Assembly (NCBI GenBank): GCA_964016885.1
Contig: OZ024747.1
Coordinates: forward strand, 12,028,001 to 12,092,000
From: Eledone cirrhosa
Lineage: Eukaryota
Length of the DNA stretch: 64,000 nt
Direction of reading: 5' to 3'
Of the stretch, positions 1-62,741 are shown in pieces. The position numbers and the translations under genes are program-made. The notes beneath the pieces are model-generated. The model ran no database searches, was not told the DNA's origin, and was given only the letters and a program-made list of their open reading frames with translations. Each line of letters starts with the position of its first letter. Positions within the stretch are counted from its first letter, which is position 1.

Positions 1-548
1 GTGTACACCATTCACTGTATAATGTGTGTGTGTGTGTGTGTATACACCATTCACTGTATAATGTGTGTGTGTGTGTGTGTACGCCATTCACTGTATAGTG
101 TGTGTGTGTGTAATTTTCCATCTTAGATTAACTCAACTTGATTAATTTCTTCAACCTTTATTAATCTCATTTTGTGTATTTTCCAATTGTTTGATCTCCA
201 CTGATTGATTCCATGTAACCTGTATTGACCTCTACTGACTGAAGTAGTTGATAGCTTCTACTACCTCACTGATATAATTAGCAGTGGTGATGGGCAGGGC
301 TGGATTTAATGGGGGACAACTGGGGTATTGCCCCCTGTAGACCAACAACAACTCATACACACAGACAGATGCACACATACTGGCAAACAGGCATATAATC
401 AGACACACACACACACAGATACAGAGAGATAATGCAACTAGTGGGGTTTTACAAATATGGTAACTAGGATGTGTTTGTTTCTGTGTGTATGATTGGGTTT
501 CCTTAATCTGAGAATTAGATATATTTGCATTAGTGCCTGTGTGTGTGT

Positions 549-1463
549 CATCATCATCATCATCATCACCGTTTTACGTCCGTTCTTCCACGCTAGCATG
601 GGTTAGACGGGTTGTCCTGTTGTGGGCAGTGTCTGGTCGGCTGACCATGCCTTGCTCATACAGGAACTGATCTGGCTTGATTTCTACAGCTGGATGCCCT
701 TCCTAACACCAACCTCATTTACAGTGAGTGCTGGGTGCTTTTTCGTGGCGCCTACACGTCCACTTTACAGTGTGGGCTGGGTGCTTTTTTGCCGTGGCAC
801 CTCCACGACCACCTTGCGGTGGGGGGGGGGGGGGCATATTGTTTATATGCTTCAGCATGTACCCATGGGAGGTCGGGTACCCTGTATTACTGCGTGACGC
901 CAGAAGTCACGGTCGTGTGTCATTGACTTTGAGAGGTGTAGTTGGGTAAGGTCGGCTTTTATCACCTCATCCCAAGTCATCTTGGGTCTCCCCACTCCGC
1001 GGTTTCCATCAACTTCTAGTGCTCTGCACCTTTTTATGCAGCTGTCATCCTTCATACGCATCACATGTCCATACCAGCGTAACCGCCTCTCCTGCACGCA
1101 GCATTTGATTCCTCTTATGCTCAGTCTCTCTCTCAATTCATTTATGCTTTGTCGTTCACGTATATTACTGTTACACATCCATCGGAGCATGCAGGCTTCG
1201 TTTCTCTCTAATCTACGTAAGTCTTCCACCTTCAGCGCCCAGGTCTCACTACCATGCAACATCGCTGTTCGGATACACGCATCATACAGTCTGCCTTTCA
1301 TTCTGAGGGAGAAGCCTTTTGCAGCTAGCAGTGGTAGTAGTTCCCTAAACTTCTTCCATCCCGTTCTTACCCTAGTTATTGTACTTTCTGAGCACCCACC
1401 TCCGTTGCTAATTCGGTCACCTAGGTAGCAGAAGCTGTCTACTGTTTCTACAGGGCCCTCCCA
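549..1463 (-). mobile_element. RTE-clade LINE, 5'-truncated (RT C-terminus, 3'UTR, (GAT)n tail)
   Basis: Translation VDSFCYLGD...KGRLYDACIRTAMLHGSETW...RRLRWYGHVMRM...GRPKMTW is typical of RTE ORFs. (CAT)n at 549-568 on the + strand. Confidence 0.9.
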
Positions 1464-1477
1464 GAGATTGGTGGTAC

Positions 1478-1533
<56 letters not shown>

Positions 1534-1717
1534 CATTAGTTAATGTAGAAAAGGCTTCTATAGGACTAGAACGCATTCATTCCTGGTGATTTCATACAAA
1601 TGAAACAGTTCGAGTCCTGTAGAAGCCATTTCTATATCAAATAATGATGTTTACACTTTACTATTGCATCAGGTATGTGTTTTAGCTAAAGTTAACCCCA
1701 ATTTCATTCGGGATCTA

Positions 1718-2030
1718 CATCATCATCATTTTACGTCCGCTTTTCCCTGCTTGCAAGGGTGGGACGGGAACTGATTCTGGCTTGATTTCTACAGCTGGAT
1801 GCCCTTCCTAACACCAGCCTCATTTACAGTGAGTGCTGGGTGCTTTTTTGCCGTGGCCCCTCCACGACCACTTTGCAGTGGAATGATATGGACCCCAGTC
1901 CCTATCATCTTATTTCTACAGCTGAGTAAACTGGAGCAATGTGAAATAAAGTGTCTTGCTCAAGGGAACAACACATCACCCGGTCTGAGAATTGAGCTCA
2001 CAACCATTCGATTGCAAGGCCAATGCTCTA

Positions 2031-2035
<5 letters not shown>
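1718..2035 (-). mobile_element. CORE-type SINE with RTE tail
   Basis: Reverse complement near-identical to 33222-33563, missing the first bases of the head. Confidence 0.8.
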
Positions 2036-2113
<78 letters not shown>

Positions 2114-2115
<2 letters not shown>

Positions 2116-2745
2116 ACGTCTATCTTCGATGCTAGCATGGGTTAGCCGGGAATTGTCCCACTTGAGGCAATATTGGTCAGGTGACCGTGTCTCGCTCATA
2201 TAGGACTGTCTGGCAGGTTTTCTACGGCTGGATGCCCTTCCTAACACCAACCACATTTACAGTGTGGACTGAGAGCTTTTTACCGTGTTACCTACATGGC
2301 CACATTACAGCATGGACTGTTTTTATTACACCTGCACGACCTCATTAGTTTGGACTGGATGTTGTGGTACCAACATAACTTTACAGAGAAAGGGTGGTGT
2401 TGGTGGGAGTGGGAGGATGGAGTAGGGGTAGTGGGTTGGGGTGTATATTTGGTTAAGAGGTGCCTACTGACTGTAGGTTTCACTTTGTACATAGGCAAGG
2501 CGGGTTTTCTGTATTAATGCGTGGCGCCAAAGATCTCGGTGCAAGTGTGTAGGTCGGAATTTATCAAATCGTCCCAGGTTTTTCTGGGTCTACCTACTCC
2601 GTAACTTCCATCAATTTTGATCGGCCTGCACTTTTTTATACAGCTGTCGTCTTTCATGCGCATCACGTGACCATACCAACGTAGTCTTCTCTCGAGTAAA
2701 CAGCATCTGATCCCTCTTATTCCTAATTTCTCACTTAGTTCATTT
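2114..2745 (-). mobile_element. RTE-clade LINE 3' fragment
   Basis: RRLRWYGHVMRMKDDSCIKKC..GRPRKTW plus the same 3'UTR as the copy at 26060-27038. Confidence 0.85.
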
Positions 2746-2770
2746 ATATATATATATATATATATATATA

Positions 2771-3058
2771 TCATCATCATCAACGTTTAACGTCCGTGTT
2801 CCACGCTTGCATGGGTTTGGACGGGGGTAGTCCCACTTGAGGCAAGAGTGATTGTCTTGCTCGCATAGGACTGTCTGGCAGGTTTTCTACAGTTGGATGC
2901 CCTTCCTAACACCAACCACATTTACAGTGTGGGTCTGGGAGGTTTTTACCGTGTTGCCTACACGGCCACATTACAGTGTGGACTGTGTGTTTTTTGTCGT
3001 GACACCTACACGATCTCATTTGTTTCGGCCTGGATGGTGTGGCACCAACACAACTTTA
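2771..3058 (-). mobile_element. RTE 3'UTR fragment
   Basis: (CAT)n-aacgtttaacgtcc tail and ggatgcccttcctaacaccaacc motif. Near-identical to 57164-57462. Confidence 0.8.
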
Positions 3059-3341
3059 CATATATATATAATATCAATACTTCTTGTTTAACCAGTGTGT
3101 GTACAGATGCACTCATGTGACATGCATGTGCATGTATGCACACATTACTATAAACACGTACAAATCTGTATATATAGATTTACATACATACCCACATACA
3201 CATATTCAAACAACTACCCCTCCCCCCCCCACACACATTGATATAATGTATATCATTAATTAATGTAGTTCTGTGAAAGTGTGGCAGGTGGGGGGGGGGG
3301 CATTGGATGCACTGGTCAACAATTTTCTGTGGACTTAGTGG

Positions 3342-3416
3342 GTTACCTAGCAACAGCAGAATGGTCATTTAAGGACACTTTGATTACCCTAGCAACAGTT
3401 TGGACACCCTAGCAAC
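3342..3416. promoter_or_regulatory. Cluster of RFX X-box-like sites
   Basis: GTTACCTAGCAAC at 3342-3354 plus two further CCCTAGCAAC half-sites within 75 bp of non-repetitive sequence. Confidence 0.3.
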
Positions 3417-3499
3417 ACTTGTTCTGTCTTTCTCCTGGACATTAAATTGATATATATTTACATATTACCTCAAACAACAGTCACACACACACATGTATG

Positions 3500-3532
<33 letters not shown>

Positions 3533-3722
3533 GCAGTGTATGCATGTGTGTATATGTATGCAGTGTATTGGTTAGGTGTGTGTGTATGTATGTATGTATA
3601 TATATATATATATACAGTTTGTATGTATGTATGTATATATATATATATATATATGTTGTGTGTGTGCATATATATATATATATGCTATATGCAGTTTATG
3701 TGTATGTATGTGCGTGTGTATA

Positions 3723-3766
<44 letters not shown>

Positions 3767-3783
3767 GTGTATTGGTTAGGTGT

Positions 3784-3817
<34 letters not shown>

Positions 3818-3913
3818 TTGTGTGTGTGCATATATATATATATGCTATATGCAGTTTATGTGTATGTATGTGCATGTATATATATATATATATATATGCA
3901 GTGTATTGGTTAG

Positions 3914-3950
<37 letters not shown>

Positions 3951-4657
3951 TATGTTGTGTGTGTGCATATATATATATGCTATATGCAGTTTATGTGTAT
4001 GTATGTGCGTGTGTATATATATGTATATATATATGCAGTTTGTGTATGTATGTATGTATGTATATATGTAAGCAGTATATATATATATATGTGTGTATGT
4101 GTGTGTGTGTATCTCTGTTACTGGTCCTGCGGAGGTTGGAGGACTAAGATCAGTGCAGCGCTCTCATTTACCCCCCCCCCCCCCCTTATGTTAGTGAATC
4201 TAGGGCAGAAGCTGAGGGTAGGGGGCGGTCCAGGTACCTTATCTCTCTCTCTCTCTCTCTCTCTCTATGTATCGATCAATCTCTCTCTCTATGCACACAT
4301 ATATCTCACCCTCCCTATCTCACCCTCCCTAAGTCTCCTCCCTATCTCTCCCTCACCCTCTCTATCTCTCCTCTCCCTATCTCCCCCTCACCCTCTCTAT
4401 CTCTCCCAATCTCCCTAACATATACCCCACCCCTAGCTCCAACTCCACCCTATTGTTCAGTGTTGTCAGGATAGTTGACTACACTCACCTCACCTCTCTC
4501 TACTGTTGTTGACCTCACACACCCTTATCCTACCTCACACACCCTTATCCTACCCACAGTCATGATGATGATGATGATGATGATGATGGCGGTGGTGGGT
4601 ATGATGGTTTTTCTCTTTCTCTTTGGGTACAAGCAAATATATACACTCACCACACAC

Positions 4658-4713
<56 letters not shown>

Positions 4714-4754
4714 TCACCACACACCATTATATATATATACACTCACCACACACC

Positions 4755-4809
<55 letters not shown>

Positions 4810-4821
4810 TCACCACACACC

Positions 4822-4858
<37 letters not shown>

Positions 4859-5024
4859 TCACCACATACCATTATATATATATATACACTCACCACACTC
4901 CATTATATATATATATATATATATACACTCACTACACACCACACACATACACACCATTTCGTATATATATATATATTGTGTGTGGTGTGTATATATGTAT
5001 ATATATACACACCACACACATTTC

Positions 5025-5080
<56 letters not shown>

Positions 5081-5551
5081 TTGTGGTGTGTATATATATG
5101 TATATATATGCACCACACACCATTTTATACACACACACACACACACCATATAGTTTGGTACCAAACCATGTGACCCTGGGTTCAGACCCACTTTGGGTTT
5201 ACCAATGTTTTGTGTGTGTGGAATTTGGTAGACGCAGACTGCAGAAGCCTGTGTGTGTCTGTCTGTCTATATCTGTATGTGTGTGTGTTTGTATTTATGT
5301 CCCTGTTGTTCCTGAGACCAATAAAATATATACCACACATGAAGCAAATAAGAACTGTAGTTGATGTGATCAACTAACTCAAGACATTGCCCCAGCATGG
5401 CCACTACCTTGTCACTGAAACCAGTAAAATTAACGTCCCTTTTCTGTGCTATCATGGGTTAGATGGATGTGTATATATATATATATCTATATGTGTGTGT
5501 GTGTCAGGCTCAATCAGGGGTAACCACAACAATTAAGGTACTCAATACTTC

Positions 5552-5681
5552 GTTTAATATAGAAATGGGTTCTACAGGACTAGAACTGTTTCATTTTTAA
5601 AAAAAAATCATCAGGACTTTCCTGGTGATTTGTTTTGAATGAAACAGTTCTAGTTCTGTAGAAACCATTTCTATATTAAAC
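5552..5681. repeat. Palindrome, about 60-bp arms; second family member at about 1541-1640
   Basis: gtttaatatagaaatgggttctacaggactagaactgtttcatt pairs with aatgaaacagttctagttctgtagaaaccatttctatattaaac. Confidence 0.85.
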
Positions 5682-5820
5682 ATTATATATAATATATATA
5701 TATATAACGAAGGAAATGTAAGGAACCAGGTGGACCATAACGCACCAAAGTACTCAATACTTAGGGTAGTAGAGTGGATAATAGGAACGAGTAGGGGTCC
5801 TACTCGTTCCTATACACACA

Positions 5821-5870
<50 letters not shown>

Positions 5871-6559
5871 CTACAGTTGTTGAAAGTCATGGTTATATCA
5901 TTGTTCAGTGCTGAAGATGTTGTTTGCTTCTATTGTTGACTACCACTACCACCAGTGGTGGGGTGGTAGTTGTGGTGGCAGTAGTAGTGGTGGTGGTAGT
6001 AGTAGAAACTACTACCACCACTAGCAGAGCCCCAGACAAGGTCACTATGATAATATTGTTGTAGTGTTTACACATCATATGAGATTTTTACCTGATGTTA
6101 ACAGGTGTGTGTGCGCTGTATTAACCCATCTGATACCAAACTGCCTGAAACCAATGCCGTGTCTATGATAGGCTGTTTGTTTTAGTTTATATTTAGCTAA
6201 AAAAACATTCCATCACAATTTTATGTAAAAGCTTTCTTTCAAACAGCAGATAGATTATATAACTAAGTTATATTAAGTTATACAGTGCTCAGGTGCACTA
6301 CAACTAAAAATGAAAATGTTTCAAATTTAAGATAAAGGAGATTGAAACGCTACCTCCAATCTATACATACTTAATGGATGCATAGATACACTACAACTAC
6401 TTATACAGATCAAATCCCACCGAGATTAACTTTGCCTTTCATCCTTACGGGGTCGATGAAATAAAGTACCAGTAATGCACTGGGTAATTGCTGGCCTTGT
6501 GCCAAAAGTAGAAATAATTATTAAACTGTTGTTTGGAATAAAAAACTAAAAATAAAAAA

Positions 6560-6865
6560 CACCCAGTCTACACTGTAAAGTGATTCTGTTGGTGACATGA
6601 TAAAAAGCACTGTCCACACTGGTCGTGTTGGTGACATGATAAAAAGCACCCAGTCTACACTGGTTGTGTTGGTGACATGATAAAAAGCACCCAGTCTACA
6701 CTATAAATGTAGTTGGTGTTAGGAAGAGCATCCAGCTGTAGAAACCAAGCCAGAAACAGTTCTGTATGAGCAAGACTCAGTCACCTGACACGACTTGCCT
6801 CAAATGGGACAACCCATCTAACCTATGCTAGTGTGGAAAATAGATGTAAAACAATGATGATGATA
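6560..6865 (+). mobile_element. RTE-related 3'-end remnant with internal ~48-bp tandem repeats
   Basis: Repeated aaaaagcacccagtctacactg, then gttggtgttaggaagagcatccagc and a (gat)n tail. Confidence 0.65.
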
Positions 6866-7672
6866 TTAGATAAAACATAGGTTTTTACCATAGAACCCGG
6901 GGCCATTTCAGAGAGTTTGGTATCAAATCGGTTAATATGGTTGAAGGAAACTACATGGGGTGGAAGGGAGATGGCATGTGGTTGGGGTTGGGGGTTTTAA
7001 ACTAAGCATTCCACAGACACACAAACTCCTAACATAGTTCTCAGGGAGATTCATCATGACACAGTATATATGTATTATACATAAACACATTCATGTACAC
7101 ACTCTCATCTATTCAAATACAAAGATGTATAGACATATGTATATATATATATACACTCAATGTAAAAGATGAGCTTCAGCAGTGATGGGTGTTGAGTCCC
7201 ATCTGTTCCATTGAGTGGCTTTAGAAGCGCCACCATTATCAGACTAGTCAAAGTTGCAGCAAAATCTTCTCATTCCATTTTCAAATGATCTCTCTCTCTC
7301 TCTGTCTGTCTCTCTCTAGGTATGTAAGTAGATCTTATAAATATCTATATATATATAGAGAGAGAGACAGGTATGTATATATAATATATATGTGTGTGTG
7401 TTCATACACATTTGTATATGTGTAAGTCATCATTGTTTAACATCCATTTCTATGCTTGCGCAGGCTAGACGGGCTGTCACGTTATAATACATTTACACTC
7501 ATGCATATATGTACACACATTCATACATATACACACATGCATTTACACACTCACATGCATATATACACACAGAAATACACACACTCACACAAATATACAC
7601 ACACACTAATATGTACACACACACACACTCACACAAATATACACACTCACACTAATATATACATTCACACTA

Positions 7673-7708
<36 letters not shown>

Positions 7709-7914
7709 ACACACTGACAGTGGATGTTTTGAGACAGGCCAAAATAAGCTGTGACTGTTAATGTAAGCCATATCCTGAGTCATTGACCAAGTTTGGTAAA
7801 CAACACAGTTTACCATTCTCTACAGTCAGTCTGTTGTGCTTTCTACTGGCACCACCGTCTGTTTAGGAAAACACTGTTGACTGCCAACAGGCATTATATT
7901 CTACACTGAAAGAC

Positions 7915-8961
7915 GGTGGATTGGCAGTATCAGTAGAGGGTCTGACGCCATGCTTTACACTCACCATTGGCAGTATCGGTAGAGAGTCGGACGCCATGCT
8001 TTCCAGCATAGTTACGTCCCTTTACGATCTGAGTTCAAATCCCGCCGAGGTTGACTTTGCCTTTCATCCTTACGGGGTCGATAAAATAAAGTACCAGTAA
8101 TGCACTGGGTAATTGCTGGCCTTGTGCCAAAAAAAGTAGAAACAATTATATATATACACTCACCACACACCATTATATATATATATACACTCACCACACA
8201 CCATTATATATATATATATATACACTCACCATACACCATTATATATATATATACACTCACCATACACCATTATATATATATATATGGTGGTGGATTGGCA
8301 GTATCGGTAGAGGGTCGGACGCCATGCTTTGACGTATAGAGTTACGGCCCTTGCCATTCTGAGTTCAAATCCCACCGAGGTTAACTTTGCCTTTCATCCT
8401 TATGGGGTCGATAAAATAAAGTACCAGTAATACACTGGGTAATTGCTGGCCTTGTGCCAAAAGTAGAAACAATTATATATATATATATATATATATACAC
8501 TCACCACACACCATTATATATATACTCACCACACACCATTATATATATACACTCATCACACACCATTATATATATATATACACTCACCACACACCATTAT
8601 ATATATACTCACCACACACCATTATATATATATACTCACCACACACCATTATATATATACACTCACCACACACCATTATATATATATATACACTCACCAC
8701 ACACCATTATATATATACTCACCACACACCATTATATATATATATATATATATATACACTCACCACACACCATTATATATATATATACACTCACCACACA
8801 CCATTATATATATATATATACACTCACCACACACCATTATATATCATCATCATCATCGTTTAACGTCCGTGTTCCATGCTTGCATGGGTTTGATATATAC
8901 ACTCACTACACACCATTATATATATACTCACCACACACCATTATATATATATATATACACC

Positions 8962-8998
<37 letters not shown>

Positions 8999-9215
8999 TC
9001 ACCACACACCATTATATATATATATGGTGGTGGATTGGCAGTATCTGTTGATGGTCGGACGCCATGCTTTTACGCATAGAGTTACAGCCCTTGCCATTCT
9101 GAGTTCAAATCGCGCCGAGGTTAACTTTGCCTTTCATCCTTATGGAGTCGGTAAAATTAAGCACCAGTAATGCACTGGGGTAATTGCTGGCCTTGTGCCA
9201 AAATTAGAAACAATA
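7915..9215 (+). mobile_element. Three tandem copies of a ~185-bp tRNA-derived SINE (Deu/Nin-like body) separated by a minisatellite
   Basis: Copies at about 7915-8146, 8287-8472 and 9028-9215 with A-box tggcagtatcgg, B-box gagttcaaatccc and body gcctttcatccttacggggtcgataaaataaagtaccag. Deu/Nin assignment is from memory. Confidence 0.75.
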
Positions 9216-9459
9216 TTATTCTACACTGAATCTATGTAGGTGAGGCTGTGTGTTTAACCCTTTCACTACTATATATCTAATGGAAGACACTGCCTGGAAT
9301 TTTAAAGCACAGCCCCAACATCACCGCACCCTTGGCCCAGAGCCCATCACCCTCTCCCCTTCTACCTCCCTTTCAATCGTTTTTCTCACTGTATAGCAAT
9401 CTGGGAGGGGATTAATTGTAGTGGGGTGGTTGAGGGGCTCCATGGAAAAATTCAATAAA

Positions 9460-9709
9460 CCCTTTTGATACAAAATCACCTGAAACCTCCCCTGCTTCTA
9501 TGCCACTAACATATTTGATTTAACGTGTTTAAATTTATTTTAAAAAAGTAACTTTCAATCATGATTTTATATAAGAACCTTTGTTCCAAACACCAGATTA
9601 ATAAGAAAATTAGTTATATTACTAAATCTCACAAAATTCTTGATTATTTTCAAAATTATTTGGAAATCATAGTCAGTGGTCTTTTATTAGAAATATAGTA
9701 ACTATGGGG
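9460..9709. mobile_element. Second piggyBac-like MITE family (about 250 bp), diverged
   Basis: Ends (taaa)cccttttgatac and gaaatatagtaactatgggg(ttaa). Related copies or ends at 6121-6935 (interrupted), 9254, 44525-44916 and 60950-61135. Confidence 0.55.
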
Positions 9710-10379
9710 TTAATTAAAAAGGTCCTTCATAGTAAAAAGGGCAGTAAGTACTGCCTTATAGCCTGATGTGTATCATACAAACCAGTCTCTCACAGTAATC
9801 TTAGCTGGCTATGGACGTCCTTCACAAACTTTCTCTGACTAATGCAGAGAATCTCTGCCAATTATTTGACATTTCCTTCACTGTTTATTTAGGGTTGAGG
9901 AACTTGAGAGGAAACCATCAAACCACCACCACAACCAGTAATAACTCCACCACCACTAACTCCACCAACTCAACCAATTCCTCCACCAACACTATACCAC
10001 CACCACCATCATCATCATCACCAACATCATTATACCACCACCACCACTATCATCATCACCACCACCACCATCATTATACCAACATCAACACCATCATCAT
10101 CACCAACATCATTTGTAAAGTGGGCAGTTACTTATGGTATCAACTTGAGGCTCACTCATAGTTACTCACTGACACAGTGGTGGTGGTGGTGGTGTTGATG
10201 GTGGTGGTAATGTTGGTAGTGGTGGTAATGGTAGTGGTGGTGTTGGTGGTGCTGGTAGTGGTGGTAGTGGTAGTGGTGGTGTTGGTGGTGCTGGTAATGG
10301 TGGTGGAGGTGGTGGTGTTGAGATGGAGAAACTAAAGAATTAGTTCAAGTGTTGTGTCTGACTTTTAGAACATTTTTTA

Positions 10380-10832
10380 CCACCACTACCACCACCACCA
10401 CTACTACTACCACAATCACCACTACTACCACCACTACCACCACCACTACTACCAGCACTATTACCACCACCACCACTACCACAATTGCCACTACCACAAT
10501 CGCCACTACCACAATCACCACTACTGCCACAATCATTACTACCACCACCACTATCACCACTACCACCACAATTACCACAATCACCACTACCACCACCACA
10601 ATCACCACTACCACCACCACAATCACCACTACCACCACCACAATCACCACTACCACCACCACAATCACCACTACCACCACCACAATCACCACTACCACCA
10701 CCACAATCACCACTACCACCACCACAATCACCACTACCACCACCACAATCACCACAACCACCACCACAATCACCACAACCACCACCACCACCACCACCAC
10801 CACTACCACAATCACTACTGCCACTACCACCA
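10380..10832. repeat. (ACC)-derived 21-bp minisatellite
   Basis: accacaatcaccactaccacc units, giving spurious poly-Thr/Val ORFs. Confidence 0.9.
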
Positions 10833-10977
10833 CCCCCTCTACATGTATCGATCCCAATACTTATTTTATCAATCTTTTATTGATGAACTTCTAAGTTACA
10901 GGACATAAAAACACACAGGAACACACAGGAACACACAGGCACACACATGCACACACGCGCACGCGCACGCGCGCGCG

Positions 10978-11110
<133 letters not shown>

Positions 11111-13099
11111 TTAGTAGTTTGTGTCTGAAATTCCCCTGGCAAGGCCCCCTGGTCACTGTAAGACACCCAAAATACCAAACAAGAGGGACTCAGCCTGGTA
11201 CCTTGTGGTTGTTAACTCATTTACCACTCAGCCATAACAACACATATACAATCTTCTCAGTTTTAATAAATATTCAAATATTTCCTTATTTCCTTATTTG
11301 GTCATCTTGAAATTGCTGCTGCTGTTGTTGTGAAAGTAGTAGTAGTAGTAGTATTGGTAGTTGTGCTGTTAATGTAGTAGTAGTAGTAGTCGTAGTATTG
11401 GTGGTTGTGATGCTGGCTGCTGTTAATGTAGTAGTAGTCATAGTATTGGTGGTTGTGATGCTGGCTGCTGTTAATGTAGTAGTAGTCGTAGTATTGGTGG
11501 TTGTGATGCTGGCTGCTGTTAGTATAGTAGTGGTGGTGGTGCTGTCTGCCGTTAGTGTAGTATTGGTGGTGGTGGTGCTGGCTTCTGTTAGTATAGTAGT
11601 AGTAGTGGTGGTGGCAGTGATGCTGTCTGCTGTTAGTGCGGCGGTGGTGGTGGTGGTGGTGGTAGCTGCTGCTGTTGTTAAGACAGCAGCAGTCAGATTT
11701 GGTGAAATTGTTTACATCACAGAATGAAATTAAGTTGGGATAATTGACACTGACATACACACACACACACACTAACATACACACACACACTGACATACAC
11801 ATACACTGACACACACACACACACACACGCTGACACACACACACACACGCTGACACACACACACACACGCTGACACGCACACACACGCTGACACGCACAC
11901 ACACGTTGACACACACACACGTTGACACACACACACACGTTGACACACACACACACACGTTGACACACACACACACACGCTGACACACACACACATGCTG
12001 ACACACACTCAATCACACACACTCACTCACACACACTCACTGACACACACACTCACTGACACACACACTCACTGACACACACACTCACTGACACACACAC
12101 TCACTGACACACACACTCACTGACACACACACTCACTGACACACACACTCACACACACTCACTCACACACTCACTCTCACACACACTCACTCACTCACTC
12201 ACTCACGCACGCTCGCACGCACTCACTCACTCACTCACTCACTCACTCACTCACTCACTCACTCACTCACTCACACAAAAACTCACTCACTCACACAAAA
12301 ACTCACTCACTCACACAAAAACTCACTCACTCACACAAAAACTCACTCACTCACACAAAAACTCACTCACTCACACAAAAACTCACACAAAAACTCACTC
12401 ACTCACTCACACAAAAACTCACTCACTCACTCACTCACTCACTCACACAAAAACTCACTCACTCACTCACTCACTCACTCACACAAAAACTCATTGGTTT
12501 CTGATCAATATCTCTGATGGAATTGTCTGCTTATTTCTAGACATTGATGATGATAGAATTTAATTAAAAACAACCACCAAATAGTATTAAAGATCAATAT
12601 GACATTTTAAATGTATTGTGTGTGTGTCTGACTGTATATATTATGTATGTATATGTGTGTGTACATATGTATGTATATATGTGTGCATGTATGTACATAT
12701 GTATATGTGCACATATATATGTATGTGCACATATGTATGCATATGTGTCTACATATTTATTTGTGTTTACATATGTATGTGTGTGTACATATGTGTATGT
12801 ATGTGTGTGTACATATGTATGTGTATATGTATGTATACATGTATGTGCACATATGTATGTATACATGTATGTGCACATATGTATGTACACATGTATGTGC
12901 ACATATGTATGTACACATGTATGTGCACATATGTATGTACACATGTGTGTGCACATATGTATGTATATATGTATGTGTAAATATGTGCATACGTACATAT
13001 ATGTATAGAAAATTGTGCAGGACACTACAACATTACACATTATAATCTTACCTCCTGCATTTAACATGTCAAGGTATGAAATATTGGTGTTGCTTATCG

Positions 13100-13400
13100 A
13101 CCCCTTAACACCCTGTAGTAATTTGGCAAACGATTCTAATGTATTAACCCCTGACACCGTGTAGTAATTTAGCAGACGATTCTTATGCATTAACCCCTAA
13201 CATCCTGTAGTAATTTAGCAGACGATTCTAATGCATTAACCCCTGACACCGTGTAGTAATTTAGCAAACGATTCTAATGCATTAACCCCTAACATCCTGT
13301 AGTAATTTAGCAGACGATTCTAATGCATTAACCCCTGACACCGTGTAGTAATTTAGCAGACGATTCTTATGCATTAACCCATAACACCTAAACCCTAACA
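13100..13400. repeat. 46-bp alternating minisatellite beginning TTAACCCCT
   Basis: ttaacccctgacaccgtgtagtaatttagcagacgattc alternates with ttaacccctaacatcctgtagtaatttagcagacgattc. Confidence 0.9.
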
Positions 13401-14137
13401 CTCTGCAATAAATATATCTAGAAAATATCTAGAAACAAGTTTGTTTATTCAAATGTTTATAATATCTTTATTAGTGAACGAATCGTTGTGAAAATTTGCA
13501 GTAAATTAGACTTAAGGTTGCAGTCATAATGCTGTTTTGTTCGATTTAAGGATGTTTTGATATAATGTGGTTTCGTGTGGTATAGGACTTTAGGAAACAA
13601 CTAGCTAACATCTACCCTTAACAATAGCTCAGAACTATTAATGTACGTAGGTGAAATGGGCAGGTAACTCTGATACTCGGTATGTGAACAAGGGAGTTAA
13701 CTCTAAAAATCTGTAGTTAAGGGAGTTAACTCTGCGGGTGAAACGTCAATTTAATCAACGTTATTCAGCTGATTCCCATTTTATTGACACCAGATGGATG
13801 TAGGGTAAGCTTCCTCTTCAGTGGAATTTAAACTGTTTATGAATGGGTTATAAAGGGACATAACACCTGACGGTAAGTAGAAACCAGGCGTTACCTCCCT
13901 TGAATATCATCTTCAATACATTTGACATTAAAAGGTGGTAGATTGGATGTACAGTGAGTCTGTGTACACTGCGGTGTATGTGTATACAGCGAGTCTGTAT
14001 GTACACTGTGCTGCATGTGTGTATACAGTGTTTATGTGTACACTGGTGTATGTATACAATGTGTGTGTATATATGTACAATGAGTGTATATGGAGAACTG
14101 ATTTAGTCTAACATTTCTTTACTTTTTGTTTTCTCAG

Positions 14138-62189
<48,052 letters not shown>

Positions 62190-62420
62190 CATCGACAGCA
62201 TGTTTAGTCGGCTTTGTTTTGGATTTTGGTGGGGTGTTCTGCATTTTTTTTGGTTTGTTTTATATCTATTAACCATTACCAGCTCTCAGACCCACCCCCT
62301 TCTTGGGCTTTGGCTGTCTTTGGCTTTTTTATACATACATAACTACATGTGTGTATATATATATATATGTATATATGTATATAGTCTGTAGGCTATGTAT
62401 ATAATCTGCAAATTATATAG

Positions 62421-62451
<31 letters not shown>

Positions 62452-62597
62452 GACAGATATGTATATATATGTATATAGTCTGTAGGCTATGTATATAATC
62501 TGCAAATTATATAGCTGTGTATATATATATATAGACAGATATGTATATATATGTATATAGTCTGTAGGCTATGTATATAATCTGCAAATTATATAGC

Positions 62598-62645
<48 letters not shown>

Positions 62646-62702
62646 GATATGTATATGTATGTATATAGTCTGTAGTCTATGTATATAATCTGCAAGTTAT
62701 GG

Positions 62703-62741
<39 letters not shown>

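Noticed and set aside
3481-5173. YI/HT/CV-rich ORFs here and at 8.4, 12.6, 28, 37, 48.6 and 58.7 kb
   Set aside because: Translations of (TA)n, (CA)n and compound microsatellites.
10345-10894. Mucin-like poly-Thr, poly-Val and Pro-rich ORFs
   Set aside because: (ACC)-derived minisatellite open in several frames, with no splice or start support.
13100-13400. Telomeric repeat (CCCTAA)
   Set aside because: Only isolated ccctaa hexamers inside a 46-bp unit, not a TTAGGG array.
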